Of a DNA stretch of 33,029 bases, positions 1 to 11,066 are shown in pieces; the stretch's first letter is position 1, and every line of letters starts with the position of its first letter. Origin of the DNA: an uncultured Micavibrio sp. (GTDB lineage: Bacteria; Pseudomonadota; Alphaproteobacteria; Micavibrionales; Micavibrionaceae). The stretch is taken from assembly GCA_964629455.1 (NCBI GenBank), contig CAZVSN010000002.1, forward strand, positions 1 through 33,029, written 5' to 3'. The notes below the pieces were generated by a model. That model did not search any database, was not told the origin of the DNA, and saw only the letters and a list, made by a program, of their open reading frames with translations. The position numbers and the translations under genes are program-made.

Positions 1-129
1 GAATGCATCTTTCAATCCATTCAGGGACAATAAACGTTCATCAAGGTAAGCAATATGCATTAGGTTAGCCACTCTATTTTACAAAAGAGGGGGATATTAG
101 CAGGGGCGGATATGATTGTCCAAATGAAT

Positions 130-150
130 AAAGCCAGAAAATCTGGCTTT
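130..150 (-). terminator. putative intrinsic terminator hairpin downstream of the 180..1037 gene
   Basis: 8-bp inverted repeat AAAGCCAG (130-137) / CTGGCTTT (143-150) with a 5-nt loop and T-rich flanks on both strands. It lies about 30 nt past the stop of the minus-strand ORF. Confidence 0.45.
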
Positions 151-179
151 ATTTGGGTAATTATCCTGTTGAATGCGAT

Positions 180-1037
180 TTAAGAAAAAATCATATCTGT
201 CATTTTCAGGAATTGTTTCAATGCAAATGTTTTTGGGCGAGTTGTTTCTTCCAATTCTTCTGTGGGGATCCATTCTGTATCGCGATTTAGATGTTCTGGG
301 TCAAAAACTCTCAGTTCTTTTTTGTTTTTCAAATCAATCTTAATGGTATTAATTAAATTGATGGTGTGTGTTGATGGATTATCAATCGCAATCAAATTCA
401 TTGACCCATTATAAATCCCTGAAAAATTTATCTTTGTTCCAGAATTGTTATAGGTCGGTGTTGATGGAACTTTCAGAAACGGTTGGGAATTTGTTTCAAA
501 AATATTTTTCAGTATTTCATTTCGTGATTTACATGACAATTTATATGATTTGATAACATCATCCATATGGCTCTCTGATGTTGGATTCACAATAACAATC
601 TGTCCGTCTGCTATAATTCCCAATTCTTCGTTTGTTTCTCTCCACAGGGCGGTTTGTGGGGATTCGCTCAACAATCCTGATGGGTAGGTTAAGCATCCGC
701 TCTCAATAATATTTCCATTTCTGACTAGCAGGGGAGTTATATCTCCATAATTTGTTTGCACGGTGATAAACGTTCCAATAGTCACAAGACGATGATTGTC
801 TGGAATGCTTTTGTTATTCTCTGCCTGAAACTCTGCGCGCGTTAGCAATACGGGGAGAGATTCTGCATATGATGATAAATAATTATTTCTTATTTGGTCA
901 TTGCAAATAACGAGTTGGGCATCAGGCGAAAAATGTAATGCTATTCCGTCATTTTCTTTTTTAATTTGGGCGACTGGATAAAATTCGGAATGCGCATGGG
1001 CATTGCATTTTTTAAATTCTTGGCTTGTTGTAATCAT
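180..1037 (-). CDS. hypothetical protein with a degenerate Nudix-box core (possible Nudix-family hydrolase) plus large N- and C-terminal extensions
   Basis: 285-aa ORF. The segment PSGLLSESPQTALWRETNEELGI fits E-x7-R-E-U-x-E-E-x-G-U of the Nudix box GX5EX7REUXEEXGU, but the leading G-x5 part is shortened (P at the G position). The gene is very AT-rich (18/60 GC on line 181) and a terminator hairpin lies downstream. Confidence 0.6.
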   Translation of the reverse strand: MITTSQEFKKCNAHAHSEFYPVAQIKKENDGIALHFSPDAQLVICNDQIRNNYLSSYAESLPVLLTRAEFQAENNKSIPDNHRLVTIGTFITVQTNYGDITPLLVRNGNIIESGCLTYPSGLLSESPQTALWRETNEELGIIADGQIVIVNPTSESHMDDVIKSYKLSCKSRNEILKNIFETNSQPFLKVPSTPTYNNSGTKINFSGIYNGSMNLIAIDNPSTHTINLINTIKIDLKNKKELRVFDPEHLNRDTEWIPTEELEETTRPKTFALKQFLKMTDMIFS

Positions 1038-1207
1038 AATATTTAAAAACCCTCGTTTTGAAATTTATCCCTAAATATGCCTCTGTTTTCCAATGCGCAA
1101 GAATTTTTTCATATATTTACCATCATTTTGGGTAATTTTATTACAAAATGGCTCTTTATAGACGGGAAGGTGGACGGGACGGGTTGGATTTGCTACCCCT
1201 CCACCCC

Positions 1208-3031
1208 ATGGCTGGACGTGTATTACTTAGTGTGCAAGAGGCTCTGGTCAGTTTTGGCGGAGCACCGTTGTTTGAAGATTTAACCTTTCATATTCTGGAA
1301 GGCGATAAAACTTGCCTTGTGGGGAAAAATGGCGCGGGCAAATCCACGTTAATGAACATTATTCGTGGATTGAAAGACATCGACAATGGCGAGAGATGGA
1401 TTCTGGCGGGGACAACTATCGGATATTTACAACAGGATGTCCCTGTAAAGGTCGGGCAGACGGTTCGTGATTTTATTCTGGAAGATTTAAGCGAAGAGAA
1501 TAAAGAAGAAGCGCAATCATACCGTATGGAGATGGTTGCCGAACCTTTGCAAATCAGTCTTGATGACAAGATGGATGAATTATCTGGCGGACAAAAACGC
1601 CGCGCAGCTTTAGCGAGAGCGTTGGTCGAAGAGCCAGATATTTTGTTGTTGGATGAACCAACCAACCACCTCGATCTGGATGTTATTTTATGGCTTGAAA
1701 ATTATCTGAAAAATTATCGCGGTGCGATTATGTGCATCAGCCATGATAGAAAATTTTTAGAGAATATATCGGACAAAGTTTTCTGGTTGGATAGGGGGCG
1801 TTTGCGCGTCTGTCCCACGGGATATAGGGGGTTCGAGGATTGGTCGACCAATTTATTGGAACAAGAAGAGCGTGAATTAAAAAACCGCGAAAAGATGTTA
1901 GAGGTCGAAGTGGCGTGGGCATCGCGCGGTGTCAAAGCACGTCGCAAAAGAAACGTCCGTCGTTTGGCTTTAATGAAAGAAGAGCGGGATAAATTAAAAG
2001 CCGATAAATCTGCATTCCTTCGTATGATGGCGAAGGTGGAAATGGAATCGTCTGATGTGACGGGGACATCGAAAATCGTTGCCGAATTTATCAAGGTTGA
2101 TAAACATTTTGGCGATAAAACCATCATGGATAAGTTTTCGCTGCGAATTTTGCGCGGTGACCGCATTGGTATTTTGGGTAAAAACGGGTCGGGTAAATCT
2201 ACCTTCCTCAAACTTTTGATTAATGAATTGGAAGCGGATGCGGGAAAAGTCAAACGTAACAAGGAAATTGAATTTTCTTATTTTGATCAAACGCGCAGTA
2301 ATCTCAACCTTACGGATTCTTTATGGACAACGCTGATTCCATCGGGTGGTGATTATATTGATGTCATGGGTAAACCGCGCCATGTGTGCGGGTATTTACA
2401 GGATTTCTTGTTTGACCCTGCCTGTGCGCGGAACCCTGTGTCAACCTTATCAGGTGGGCAGAAAAACCGTTTGTTACTGGCTAAGGTTTTGGCAAATCCA
2501 AAATCATTCCTTATTCTTGATGAACCAACCAACGATTTGGATATGGATACGCTGGATGTTCTGGAAGAAATTTTGAGCAATTATAAAGGGACAATGCTTA
2601 TCGTAAGCCATGATCGCGATTTTCTTGATCAAACCGTTTCTAAAATTCTGGCTTTTGAAGGTGATGGAGATATTCAAGGTTATATCGGTGGATATAGCGA
2701 TTATTTGGCAACCAAGAAAGAAGAAGAAAAAATCCAGATTGAAAAATCAAAACGGGTTGAGGCGGCACAGAAAAAAGAAACTGCACCAAAACAATCGGTC
2801 AAACTGTCTTATAAACTTCAATATGAACTGGATAATTTGCCAGCAAAAATTGATGAATTGGAAAAAGAAATCGAAGAATTGGCGCTGTCCTTGGATGAGG
2901 CAGATTTATACGCGCGGGATGCGGCTTTGTTCCATAAATATTCGGAACGCATGGCACAGGCAGAACATGAAAAAGATACGGCAGAATTACGGTGGTTGGA
3001 ACTCACCGAAATGTCAGAGATTGCGGGCTAA
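1208..3031 (+). CDS. uup: ABC-F family ATPase (two ABC cassettes plus C-terminal coiled coil), Uup-like
   Basis: Two Walker A motifs (GKNGAGKST, GKNGSGKST), two ABC signatures (LSGGQKRR, LSGGQKNR) and no transmembrane domain. The C-terminus is a charged coiled coil (KKEEEKIQIEKSK...DELEKEIEEL). The ORF track starts at 1148, but the ATG at 1208 (MAGRVLLSVQEALVSFGG...) gives the canonical ABC-F N-terminus. Confidence 0.93.
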   Translation: MAGRVLLSVQEALVSFGGAPLFEDLTFHILEGDKTCLVGKNGAGKSTLMNIIRGLKDIDNGERWILAGTTIGYLQQDVPVKVGQTVRDFILEDLSEENKEEAQSYRMEMVAEPLQISLDDKMDELSGGQKRRAALARALVEEPDILLLDEPTNHLDLDVILWLENYLKNYRGAIMCISHDRKFLENISDKVFWLDRGRLRVCPTGYRGFEDWSTNLLEQEERELKNREKMLEVEVAWASRGVKARRKRNVRRLALMKEERDKLKADKSAFLRMMAKVEMESSDVTGTSKIVAEFIKVDKHFGDKTIMDKFSLRILRGDRIGILGKNGSGKSTFLKLLINELEADAGKVKRNKEIEFSYFDQTRSNLNLTDSLWTTLIPSGGDYIDVMGKPRHVCGYLQDFLFDPACARNPVSTLSGGQKNRLLLAKVLANPKSFLILDEPTNDLDMDTLDVLEEILSNYKGTMLIVSHDRDFLDQTVSKILAFEGDGDIQGYIGGYSDYLATKKEEEKIQIEKSKRVEAAQKKETAPKQSVKLSYKLQYELDNLPAKIDELEKEIEELALSLDEADLYARDAALFHKYSERMAQAEHEKDTAELRWLELTEMSEIAG

Positions 3032-4153
3032 GTAAACGGCCATACTAAAACTGGCCTGTAATAAATACCCGCCTGTTGGTGCTTCCCAATCAATCATTTC
3101 GCCAATGGCGTAGGTGTTTGGTATTTTTTTCAGCATAAAATTGTCGGTCAGTTCGTCCCGCGCGATACCACCTGCGCTGGATATGGCGCGATCAATCGGT
3201 GCAATGCTATTTAGAACGAGTGGGTATGATTTAATATGTGTCGCAAGGTTCTGATGCGAAAGAGATTGAATGTTTCTATCTTCTTGTAATAACCCGATAA
3301 CAACTGGAGAGAGTGATAGAGTTTTTCGCAAGTGGTTTGAAAAACTATCGCGCCCGCGTGGTTTGTTTAAAAGCTTTGTCAGTTTATCAATGGATGTATC
3401 TGGTTTTAAATCAAGATTGATGGTTGTTTGATTTTTTTTGTCTATTGAATCGCGGATAAAGCGGGATAGGGCATAGATTCCGCCACCTTCAACACCGTTC
3501 TGTGTGACCATTATTTCCCCCTGAACGCTTTGGTTTTCATGGGTTATAATAACGGGTTTAATTGGGGTTCCTGCGTATTTTTCTTTGAAAACATTTGACC
3601 AATTTGTTGTAAATCCACAATTGGTTGGGCGAAATGGATTTATTTGAATGCCCTGTTCAGTCAATATTTTTGTCCATGCCGCATCAGACCCTAACCGCGG
3701 CCATGATGCACCACCCATGGCGAGGATGGTCATATCTGTTCCCATATCCTGACCTGTCCATTCATAATTATAATGAAACTTTACGCCCAAACTATCCAAT
3801 CGTTTTAACCATGCGCGCAGCAGGGGGGATGCTTTAAAACTTTTTGGGAATACGCGACCTGATGACCCGATAAAAGTTTCTTCCCCTAATTCGCTACACC
3901 AATCGCGTAAATTTTGGGGGGTGAAATTTTCGAGTGCGGGGCGAAGAAAGCTCGCCGCATCCCCATATCGCGCCATAAAATCTTCTAACGGTTCGGAATG
4001 GGTGATGTTCAACCCGCCGCGTCCCGCCATCAGAAATTTTCGTGCAGGTGATGGGCGATGGTCATAGACGGATACGGATAACCCTCGCTCAGCAAGCTTT
4101 TCAGCCGCCATTAACCCTGCGGGGCCTGCGCCGATGATAGAGATTGTTTTCAA
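3014..4153 (-). CDS. HI0933/BaiN-like FAD flavoprotein (NAD(FAD)-utilizing dehydrogenase family)
   Basis: N-terminal Rossmann motif [19 protein letters not shown] followed by [16 protein letters not shown], typical of the HI0933-like family. The TTG start overlaps the etfA TGA stop (TTGA at 4150-4153). The 3' end overlaps the convergent uup by 18 nt. Confidence 0.85.
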   Translation of the reverse strand: MKTISIIGAGPAGLMAAEKLAERGLSVSVYDHRPSPARKFLMAGRGGLNITHSEPLEDFMARYGDAASFLRPALENFTPQNLRDWCSELGEETFIGSSGRVFPKSFKASPLLRAWLKRLDSLGVKFHYNYEWTGQDMGTDMTILAMGGASWPRLGSDAAWTKILTEQGIQINPFRPTNCGFTTNWSNVFKEKYAGTPIKPVIITHENQSVQGEIMVTQNGVEGGGIYALSRFIRDSIDKKNQTTINLDLKPDTSIDKLTKLLNKPRGRDSFSNHLRKTLSLSPVVIGLLQEDRNIQSLSHQNLATHIKSYPLVLNSIAPIDRAISSAGGIARDELTDNFMLKKIPNTYAIGEMIDWEAPTGGYLLQASFSMAVYLARNL

Positions 4154-5088
4154 AGTTTCTCAGTCAGTTGGGGCACAACTTCAAACAAATCTGCAACCAA
4201 CCCATAATCTGCCACTTGGAAAATAGGCGCGTCAGGGTCTTTGTTGATGGCCACAATAATTTTGGATTCTTTCATGCCTGCCAAATGTTGAATGGCTCCT
4301 GAAATACCGACAGCCATATAAAGGCTAGGCGCAACAATTTTACCTGTTTGTCCCACTTGGTAATCATTCGGGGCGTATCCTGCGTCAACGGCGGCGCGTG
4401 ACGCTCCAACGGCCGCACCAATTTTATCGGCCAGTTTTTCAATGATTGCAAAATTTTCAGCTGAGCCGAGGGCACGGCCACCTGATACCACAATTTTTGC
4501 GGCGGTCAGTTCGGGGCGTGCAGATTGGGTTAGTTCTGCTTTGATAAATTTTGATTGTGTTGATGGTGACGCTCCAGACACATCCATATTTTCAATTGAG
4601 GCCGATCCGCCAGATGTTGCGGCGGGGTCAAACGCTGTTGTCCGTATGCTCAGCAATTTAATAGAGTCGGATGATTGAAATGTAGCAATGGCATTGCCTG
4701 CATAGACAGGGCGTTTGAATGTATCTCTGGATACAATCTCGGTTACGTCTGATAACATTTGTGTGTCCAATAATGCCGCCAGTCGTGGCAAAAGGTTTTT
4801 ACCAAAGGCCGTTGCGGGTATCAGGATATGCGTAAATGTTTTTGCGAATTGCGCAATGAAGTTTGCCGTGTTTTCAGGTAGATGATGTTCAAAAACGGGG
4901 CTGTCGGCAACCAATACTTTGGATACACCTGCGCATTTTGCCAATCCGTCAACCACGCTTGAAACTTCGTGCCCGACAACCAATACAGAAAGGTCTTGGG
5001 TCACTAATTTTTGCGCGGCAGAAATTGTGTTCAGGGTTGATGAACGAAGTGTTGTATTTGAATGTTCGGCAATAACCAGAATGGACAT
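4150..5088 (-). CDS. etfA: electron transfer flavoprotein subunit alpha
   Basis: 312 aa with the C-terminal FAD-binding signature [37 protein letters not shown]. An AAGGAGA SD lies 7 nt upstream of the ATG, and the gene directly follows etfB. Confidence 0.96.
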   Translation of the reverse strand: MSILVIAEHSNTTLRSSTLNTISAAQKLVTQDLSVLVVGHEVSSVVDGLAKCAGVSKVLVADSPVFEHHLPENTANFIAQFAKTFTHILIPATAFGKNLLPRLAALLDTQMLSDVTEIVSRDTFKRPVYAGNAIATFQSSDSIKLLSIRTTAFDPAATSGGSASIENMDVSGASPSTQSKFIKAELTQSARPELTAAKIVVSGGRALGSAENFAIIEKLADKIGAAVGASRAAVDAGYAPNDYQVGQTGKIVAPSLYMAVGISGAIQHLAGMKESKIIVAINKDPDAPIFQVADYGLVADLFEVVPQLTEKL

Positions 5089-5106
5089 GATGTGTTCTCC
5101 TTATGC

Positions 5107-5871
5107 CTATAATACTTTGGCTTCGTTTTTCAATTTATCAATTAACGCATCGACGGATTCAACTTTAATCCCTGCGGTGCGTTTGGCGGGTTCGGTTAAC
5201 CCGATCATTTTCAGACGCGGCGTTGTATCAATGTCAAACGTTGTGGAATCTATGGTTTCCAAAGGTTTTTGTTTGGCTTTCATAATATTGGGGAGTGATG
5301 CATAACGTGGTTCGTTCAACCGTAAATCGGTTGTGATAATTGCTGGTGTTTGAACTTCGATTGTCTCTAACCCGCCATCAACTTCGCGTGTAACCTGAAT
5401 GGCTGTTCCGTTTACTTCAACTTTTGATGCAAAGGTGGCCTGACCCCATCCCATTAAAGCCGATAACATTTGCCCTGTTTGGTTGCTGTCATCATCAATG
5501 GATTGTTTTCCCATGATGACAAGGTTCGGTGTTTCTTTATCAATGATTTTTTTCAACAGTTTGGCGACCGCCAAAGGTTCTAGTCCGCCTAAATCTGTGG
5601 CGAGCGGAGTTGTCACCAGAATTCCACGGTCTGCACCAATCGCCATGGCTGTTCTTAATACATCTTGGGCAATGGCAGGGCCGATGGTTACAACCACAAT
5701 TTCTTTGGCTAATCCTTTTTCTTTCATACGGACAGCCTCTTCAACGGCGATTTCGTCGAAGGGGTTCATCGACATCTTGACGTTGGCGAGCTCGATGCCA
5801 GATTGATCAGGCTTAATACGGATTTTGACGTTATAATCAACCGCGCGTTTAACGGGCACCAGAATTTTCAT
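5107..5871 (-). CDS. etfB: electron transfer flavoprotein subunit beta
   Basis: 254 aa with N-terminus [20 protein letters not shown] and the motif [17 protein letters not shown], both characteristic of EtfB. Confidence 0.96.
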   Translation of the reverse strand: MKILVPVKRAVDYNVKIRIKPDQSGIELANVKMSMNPFDEIAVEEAVRMKEKGLAKEIVVVTIGPAIAQDVLRTAMAIGADRGILVTTPLATDLGGLEPLAVAKLLKKIIDKETPNLVIMGKQSIDDDSNQTGQMLSALMGWGQATFASKVEVNGTAIQVTREVDGGLETIEVQTPAIITTDLRLNEPRYASLPNIMKAKQKPLETIDSTTFDIDTTPRLKMIGLTEPAKRTAGIKVESVDALIDKLKNEAKVL

Positions 5872-5907
5872 GAAAACCTACCTTAGTGAAAGACTACTTG
5901 TTCTATT

Positions 5908-6639
5908 TTACCCTTTACGGGACGGAGATGCCACCAGAAAATAATTTAAATCAAGGTCGTGGGGGTGAATGGCAAATTCGTTTTTCAAGGGATTGAAAAC
6001 CATTCCTTTTGCATTGCGCAAAAATAGATCTGATTGCTCTGCCATTTTTGCAAGTTCTGATGGCTTTATGAATTTTTTCCAATCATGTGTTCCTGCGGGA
6101 ACCCATTGCAGGATACGTTCTGCAGCGATAATGCCAAGCGCATAAGATTTCCAAGTGCGGTTGAGTGTCGAGAAAATAACAATCCCGTTTGGTTTGACCA
6201 AATCGGCGCAAAGCTGAACGAACAAAGTTGGATTATCAACGTGTTCGATAATTTCAAGAGCCATGACAACATCGTATTTCTTACGCGCAGCGACCAAATC
6301 TTCTGCGGCCCCGTTGATAAACTCGATATCCAGTTTTTCGGCCTTGGCATGATTTCTGGCAACGGTGATGGCTTGTTTGTCGGCATCAATACCTGTGACT
6401 TTTCCGCCTAATCTTGACAGGGGAACCGAAATTAATCCGCCGCCGCAACCAATGTCGAGGATGGTTTTGTTTTTGACCTCACCAATGGCATCCTTGATAA
6501 AGCGCATACGGGCGGGGGTCATGCGGTGGAGGGGGGCAAATGCGCCTTCTGTATTCCACCAATCGGCAGAATCTTGTGCGAAATGGGCGATTTCGGCGGC
6601 GTTAATGGTCGATTGTGATGTTTTGCGAGCGTTTTTCAT
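5908..6639 (-). CDS. ubiG: ubiquinone biosynthesis O-methyltransferase (3-demethylubiquinol 3-O-methyltransferase)
   Basis: 243 aa. It has the N-terminal WWNTEGAFAPLHRMTPARMRFI motif and the SAM-binding ILDIGCGGGLIS motif, in the typical UbiG layout. Confidence 0.92.
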   Translation of the reverse strand: MKNARKTSQSTINAAEIAHFAQDSADWWNTEGAFAPLHRMTPARMRFIKDAIGEVKNKTILDIGCGGGLISVPLSRLGGKVTGIDADKQAITVARNHAKAEKLDIEFINGAAEDLVAARKKYDVVMALEIIEHVDNPTLFVQLCADLVKPNGIVIFSTLNRTWKSYALGIIAAERILQWVPAGTHDWKKFIKPSELAKMAEQSDLFLRNAKGMVFNPLKNEFAIHPHDLDLNYFLVASPSRKG

Positions 6640-6715
6640 GGTGGATGCAGAATAAACAGTTTTTTTGTGAAAGTAAAATTGCTATTCTGACCCAAATTTC
6701 GAGGATAATCACTCC

Positions 6716-7954
6716 ATGGCTCGCATTATTGTTAAATTCGGTGGCACATCGGTTGCTGACCCTGCGCGTATTGAAAACGCTGCCGACAAAGTTATGGCAG
6801 AGGTCAAACGCGGGAATCAGGTGGGTGTGGTTGTTTCTGCCATGGCTGGCGTAACCAATCAGTTGGTTGATTATTGTTCCCAGATAATGCCCAACCATGA
6901 TTTTTCGGAATACGATGCTGTTGTTGCATCTGGGGAACAAATTACCTCTGGGTTGATGGCATTGGCGTTACAAAAACGCGGGCTGATGTCTAAATCCTTT
7001 ATGGGGTGGCAGGTTCCAATTATTTCCAACACCCAACATGGGCGCGCACGGATTGATGATATTCCGTCTGCTCATTTGTTGAATGAAATGAATGCGGGGA
7101 TTGTCCCCGTGGTCGCGGGATTTCAGGGGGTAACCAAAGACGGGCGCATCACGACATTGGGGCGTGGTGGGTCGGATACAACGGCGGTTGCACTGGCTGC
7201 GGCACTCAAAGCTGACAGATGTGATATTTATACGGATGTTGATGGTGTTTATACGACCGACCCGCGTATCGTGCCACAGGCGCAGAAATTATCGCGAATT
7301 TCTTATGAGGAAATGTTGGAAATGGCCGCGCTCGGGGCTAAGGTTTTACACCCACGCTCGGTTGAATTGGCAATGGCATGGGATGTTCCGTTGCAGGTTT
7401 TATCCAGTTTTGAAGAGTTTATCGGAAGTGATTTATCAGGGACACAAGTTATCAGAGAGGACGACATCGTGGAAAAACAGATTGTCAATGGCGTGACTTA
7501 TGCGCGTAACGAAGCAAAAGTAACCTTGTTATCCGTTGCCGATAAACCGGGGATTGCCGCTTCTATTTTTGCTCCGTTGGGTGATGCGGGCGTAAATGTC
7601 GATATGATTATTCAAAACATTTCGGCTGATGGAAAAACAACGGATGTGACGTTTACAATTCCGCGTGGTGATGCGGCACGGGCGCAATCTGTTTTGGAAA
7701 CTTTGCCAGATTTAAAAGGTGTCGAAATTCGTATTGCAACCGATATTACAAAAATATCTGTCATCGGTATTGGGATGAGTTCGCATACAGGTGTTGCAAA
7801 GACGATGTTTACAACTCTTGCCGAGCGCGGCATTAACATTCACGCCATCACAACGTCTGAAATTAAAATTAGTGTTCTGATTTCCGAAGAATATACAGAA
7901 CTGGCGGTTCGTGCGTTGCACACTGCTTTTGGTTTGGATGCTCATGTCGCTTAA
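6716..7954 (+). CDS. lysC: aspartate kinase
   Basis: 412 aa with the N-terminal IVKFGGTSVAD motif, LGRGGSDTTAVALAAAL, and C-terminal tandem ACT-like regulatory domains. Confidence 0.95.
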   Translation: MARIIVKFGGTSVADPARIENAADKVMAEVKRGNQVGVVVSAMAGVTNQLVDYCSQIMPNHDFSEYDAVVASGEQITSGLMALALQKRGLMSKSFMGWQVPIISNTQHGRARIDDIPSAHLLNEMNAGIVPVVAGFQGVTKDGRITTLGRGGSDTTAVALAAALKADRCDIYTDVDGVYTTDPRIVPQAQKLSRISYEEMLEMAALGAKVLHPRSVELAMAWDVPLQVLSSFEEFIGSDLSGTQVIREDDIVEKQIVNGVTYARNEAKVTLLSVADKPGIAASIFAPLGDAGVNVDMIIQNISADGKTTDVTFTIPRGDAARAQSVLETLPDLKGVEIRIATDITKISVIGIGMSSHTGVAKTMFTTLAERGINIHAITTSEIKISVLISEEYTELAVRALHTAFGLDAHVA

Positions 7955-8801
7955 TAATGACGATCCAATCAAAAATTTTCATACCAATCTCAGCGTGGGG
8001 GATATTCTCCGCCGTGCGCGATTGAAAAAGGGATTGGCGATTGAAGATTTGGAAATTGCCATCCGTGTCAGTGCTGCTCATTTGGTTGCTATAGAAGAAG
8101 GGCGTTTGGAGGTTTTGCCAGGGCGCGTGTATGCGCTTGGGTTTATTCGCTCTTATGCTGAATATGTCGGGTTGGACGGCGATAAGATTATCGGGTTGTT
8201 GAAACGACAGGCTGGCGAAAAAATTGCCCCAAAAGATATCATGCCGATGCAAGCCTCTATGCTCGAAGATTATTCTTTGCCCACGGGTAAAATGTTTGGG
8301 TTGATTTTTGCTTTGCTGGTGTGTGTGTTGGGTGCACGGGCGATGTACTCCGAACATCATTATGCATCAAATGAAACCATTCCATCAGTTCCTGATGATT
8401 TGAAAGGACAGATGACGGCGTTACCAAAGGCAAAACCAGCAGAAGAAAGTGCTGTGGCCACAAACCCATCATCTGCGGATGAAGTGGCAACAAAAGAAGT
8501 TGCAAACCAGATTGTGTTGCGTGCCATTGAAAATGTGTGGCTGGAAATTCGCGGGGCAAATCGTAAAACCTTGTTTTCTCGCGTTTTGGCTGTTGGCGAA
8601 GAATATTGGATTCCGCCTGACCAAGTGGGATTGACCATGACCCTTGGTAATGCTGGTGGGTTGCAGATTCTGGTGGATGGTCAGGCCTTACCGTTTTTAG
8701 GGAAAACGGGGCAAGTTGTTCGGAACGTGGTTTTGGACCATGATAAATTGCGCGATAGATTGAAAGAAAACTTGAAAAATTCTCCTAAACCCGCCATGTA
8801 A
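7944..8801 (+). CDS. rodZ: RodZ-like cytoskeleton protein (HTH + TM + DUF4115)
   Basis: XRE-type HTH ([36 protein letters not shown]), one TM segment ([15 protein letters not shown]), and a C-terminal DUF4115-like region. The gene sits directly upstream of ispG, as in E. coli rodZ-ispG. The start is uncertain: GTG 7911, ATG 7938 and ATG 7944 are all in frame. Confidence 0.75.
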   Translation: MSLNNDDPIKNFHTNLSVGDILRRARLKKGLAIEDLEIAIRVSAAHLVAIEEGRLEVLPGRVYALGFIRSYAEYVGLDGDKIIGLLKRQAGEKIAPKDIMPMQASMLEDYSLPTGKMFGLIFALLVCVLGARAMYSEHHYASNETIPSVPDDLKGQMTALPKAKPAEESAVATNPSSADEVATKEVANQIVLRAIENVWLEIRGANRKTLFSRVLAVGEEYWIPPDQVGLTMTLGNAGGLQILVDGQALPFLGKTGQVVRNVVLDHDKLRDRLKENLKNSPKPAM

Positions 8802-8809
8802 TATCCATT

Positions 8810-9943
8810 ATGACAGCAGATCACACCCTTCATCGCCCTTGGCGACATATTCAACGTCGGAAAACCCGAAAAATATGGGTTGGAAATGTTCCGGTGGGTG
8901 GCGATTCCCCTATTACCGTGCAATCGATGACCAATACGCCGACAGCGGATGTTGCGGCAACCATCGCGCAAATTCAGGCAATGGAACGGGCGGGGGTTGA
9001 TATTGCGCGTGTATCTTGCCCTGATGAAGACTCGTCTGCGGCGTTAAAGCATATTGTGAAGGAAGTTTCTGTTCCCATTGTTGCAGATATACATTTTCAT
9101 TATAAGCGCGGGATTGAAGCCGCTCAAAACGGGGCGGCGTGCCTGCGCATTAATCCGGGCAATATCGGGTCGGATGACCGCGTCCGCGAAGTCATTAAAG
9201 CCGCGAAAGATTATAATTGTTCCATTCGCATTGGTGTGAATGCAGGGTCATTGGAACGCGACTTGCTGGAAAAATACGGCGAACCGTGCCCCGATGCCAT
9301 GGTTGAATCTGCGCAACGCCATATCCAAATTCTCGAAGACCATGATTTCTTTAATTTCAAAATTTCCTGCAAAGCGTCCGACCCGTTCTTGGCGGTTGCT
9401 GCCTATATGCAACTCGCGGGCGTGTGCGATTATCCGTTACATGTCGGCGTGACTGAGGCGGGCGGGTTACGCGCAGGTACAGTCAAATCATCCATCGGTA
9501 TGGGCAATTTGTTATGGGCGGGGATAGGGGACACCATCCGCGTATCTCTGTCTGCCGACCCTGTCGAAGAAGTGAAGGTCGGGTTTGATATTCTAAAATC
9601 TTTGGGACTGCGCCATCGCGGTGTGAACGTCATTGCGTGCCCGTCTTGCGCCCGTCAGAATTTTGATGTCATTAAAACTGTCGAAGAACTGGAAAAACGG
9701 CTGGAACATATCACAACCCCGATGACCTTATCGGTGATTGGGTGTGTGGTTAATGGCCCGGGTGAAGCATTGATGACCGATATCGGCTTTACGGGCGGTG
9801 GCAAAGGTACGCATCAGGTCTATGTCGGCGGAAAAACCGCCCATCGCCTGATGGAAGGTGACGGCAGTATTGTTGATCATCTGGTCAAAATGGTAGAAGA
9901 CAAAGCCAGCGAAATCGCTTCAAAAAAGCCTGATGCGGCTTAA
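8810..9943 (+). CDS. ispG: 4-hydroxy-3-methylbut-2-en-1-yl diphosphate synthase
   Basis: 377 aa. It carries [20 protein letters not shown] and the C-terminal Fe-S cysteines (ACPSCARQ ... [10 protein letters not shown]). Confidence 0.96.
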   Translation: MTADHTLHRPWRHIQRRKTRKIWVGNVPVGGDSPITVQSMTNTPTADVAATIAQIQAMERAGVDIARVSCPDEDSSAALKHIVKEVSVPIVADIHFHYKRGIEAAQNGAACLRINPGNIGSDDRVREVIKAAKDYNCSIRIGVNAGSLERDLLEKYGEPCPDAMVESAQRHIQILEDHDFFNFKISCKASDPFLAVAAYMQLAGVCDYPLHVGVTEAGGLRAGTVKSSIGMGNLLWAGIGDTIRVSLSADPVEEVKVGFDILKSLGLRHRGVNVIACPSCARQNFDVIKTVEELEKRLEHITTPMTLSVIGCVVNGPGEALMTDIGFTGGGKGTHQVYVGGKTAHRLMEGDGSIVDHLVKMVEDKASEIASKKPDAA

Positions 9944-9994
9944 AAGACCTTACTATTTGCCAATCCTTTAAAATGACGCTATAACCCTGCCACC

Positions 9995-11059
9995 ATGGAT
10001 TTATTAAGAAAATTGGCGCCGATTGAGGCGCGTTACGAAGAATTATCATCTCTGTTGGCCGAAGGAACGGCAACAGGGGAAAAAATCATCAAAATGTCGA
10101 AGGAATACTCCGACCTGACTCCTGTTGTGACCACTATCCGTACTTATAAAAAGGCAATTGCCGATAAAGCGGATTTGGAAGTGATGGTTGATGATCCTGA
10201 AATGGGTGACATCGCCAAGCAAGAATTATATGACCTGAACGGGCGCATTCCTGAACTTGAGCATCAAATCAAACTCTGTTTGATTCCAAAAGATACGGAT
10301 GACGACAAAAACGCTATTCTTGAAATTCGCGCGGGAACGGGTGGTGATGAAGCCGCATTATTCGCCGCTGATTTGTTTGCAATGTATAAAGGTTATGCCG
10401 CCCTTCGCGGATGGCGGTTTGAAGTTGCCGAAATGGCTGAAAATGATATTGGCGGGTTAAAAGAGGTGATTGTTGAAATTACCGGCAATGATGTGTTCTC
10501 TCGCCTCAAATATGAATCAGGAGTACACCGTGTACAGCGTGTTCCAACCACCGAAGCTTCAGGGCGTGTTCACACCTCTGCCGCAACGGTTGCAGTCTTG
10601 CCAGAGGCCGAAGACGTTGACATGACTATCCGTGATGAAGACCTGCGTATTGATGTGTATCGCTCACGCGGGGCTGGTGGTCAGTCGGTTAACACAACGG
10701 ACTCTGCGGTGCGGATTACCCATATGCCGACTGGTGTTGTGGTTGCCATGCAGGACGAGAGGTCACAGATTAAAAACCGTGCCAAAGCGATGAAGATTTT
10801 GAAATCACGCCTTTATGATTTGCAACGCCAAAAACTAGACAGTGAACGTGCGGCTGACCGTAAATCTCAGGTCGGAAGCGGCGACAGGTCAGAACGTATT
10901 CGTACCTATAATTTCCCACAGGGACGTGTGACCGATCACCGTGTGAACATTACCCTCTATAAAATTTCAGATGTCATGAATGGTGCGGCACTGGATGAAA
11001 TTATTGATGGGTTGATTACCGAAGAACAAACCGAAAAATTATCATCCTTGGGGATGTGA
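9995..11059 (+). CDS. prfA: peptide chain release factor 1
   Basis: 354 aa with the GGQ motif ([19 protein letters not shown]) and an RF1-type PxT-context region ([16 protein letters not shown]). Confidence 0.96.
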   Translation: MDLLRKLAPIEARYEELSSLLAEGTATGEKIIKMSKEYSDLTPVVTTIRTYKKAIADKADLEVMVDDPEMGDIAKQELYDLNGRIPELEHQIKLCLIPKDTDDDKNAILEIRAGTGGDEAALFAADLFAMYKGYAALRGWRFEVAEMAENDIGGLKEVIVEITGNDVFSRLKYESGVHRVQRVPTTEASGRVHTSAATVAVLPEAEDVDMTIRDEDLRIDVYRSRGAGGQSVNTTDSAVRITHMPTGVVVAMQDERSQIKNRAKAMKILKSRLYDLQRQKLDSERAADRKSQVGSGDRSERIRTYNFPQGRVTDHRVNITLYKISDVMNGAALDEIIDGLITEEQTEKLSSLGM

Positions 11060-11066
11060 TTTTTAC

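Noticed and set aside
1-60. Edge fragments: a minus-strand ATG at 60 (MHIAYLDERLLSLNGLKDAF...) running off the left edge, or alternatively a plus-strand frame ending at the TAA at 31-33
   Set aside because: Only 10-20 codons are visible, there is no clear RBS, and the two readings are mutually exclusive. They cannot be supported from this window.
1148-1207. 20-codon N-terminal extension of the ABC-F ORF (MALYRREGGRDGLDLLPLHP)
   Set aside because: The canonical ABC-F N-terminus begins at the ATG at 1208. The extension has no counterpart in the family as I know it. This is retained as an uncertainty only.
1288-2580. Antisense and alternate-frame ORFs inside the ABC-F gene (125, 182, 98, 76 and 75 aa)
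   Set aside because: They are shadow ORFs of a well-supported coding frame with no recognisable motifs.
4919-5305. 128-aa plus-strand ORF spanning the etfA/etfB junction
   Set aside because: It is antisense to both ETF genes and crosses their intergenic SD. It is a shadow ORF.
7869-8360. 163-aa minus-strand ORF overlapping the lysC end and rodZ
   Set aside because: It is antisense to two motif-supported genes and has no motif or RBS of its own.
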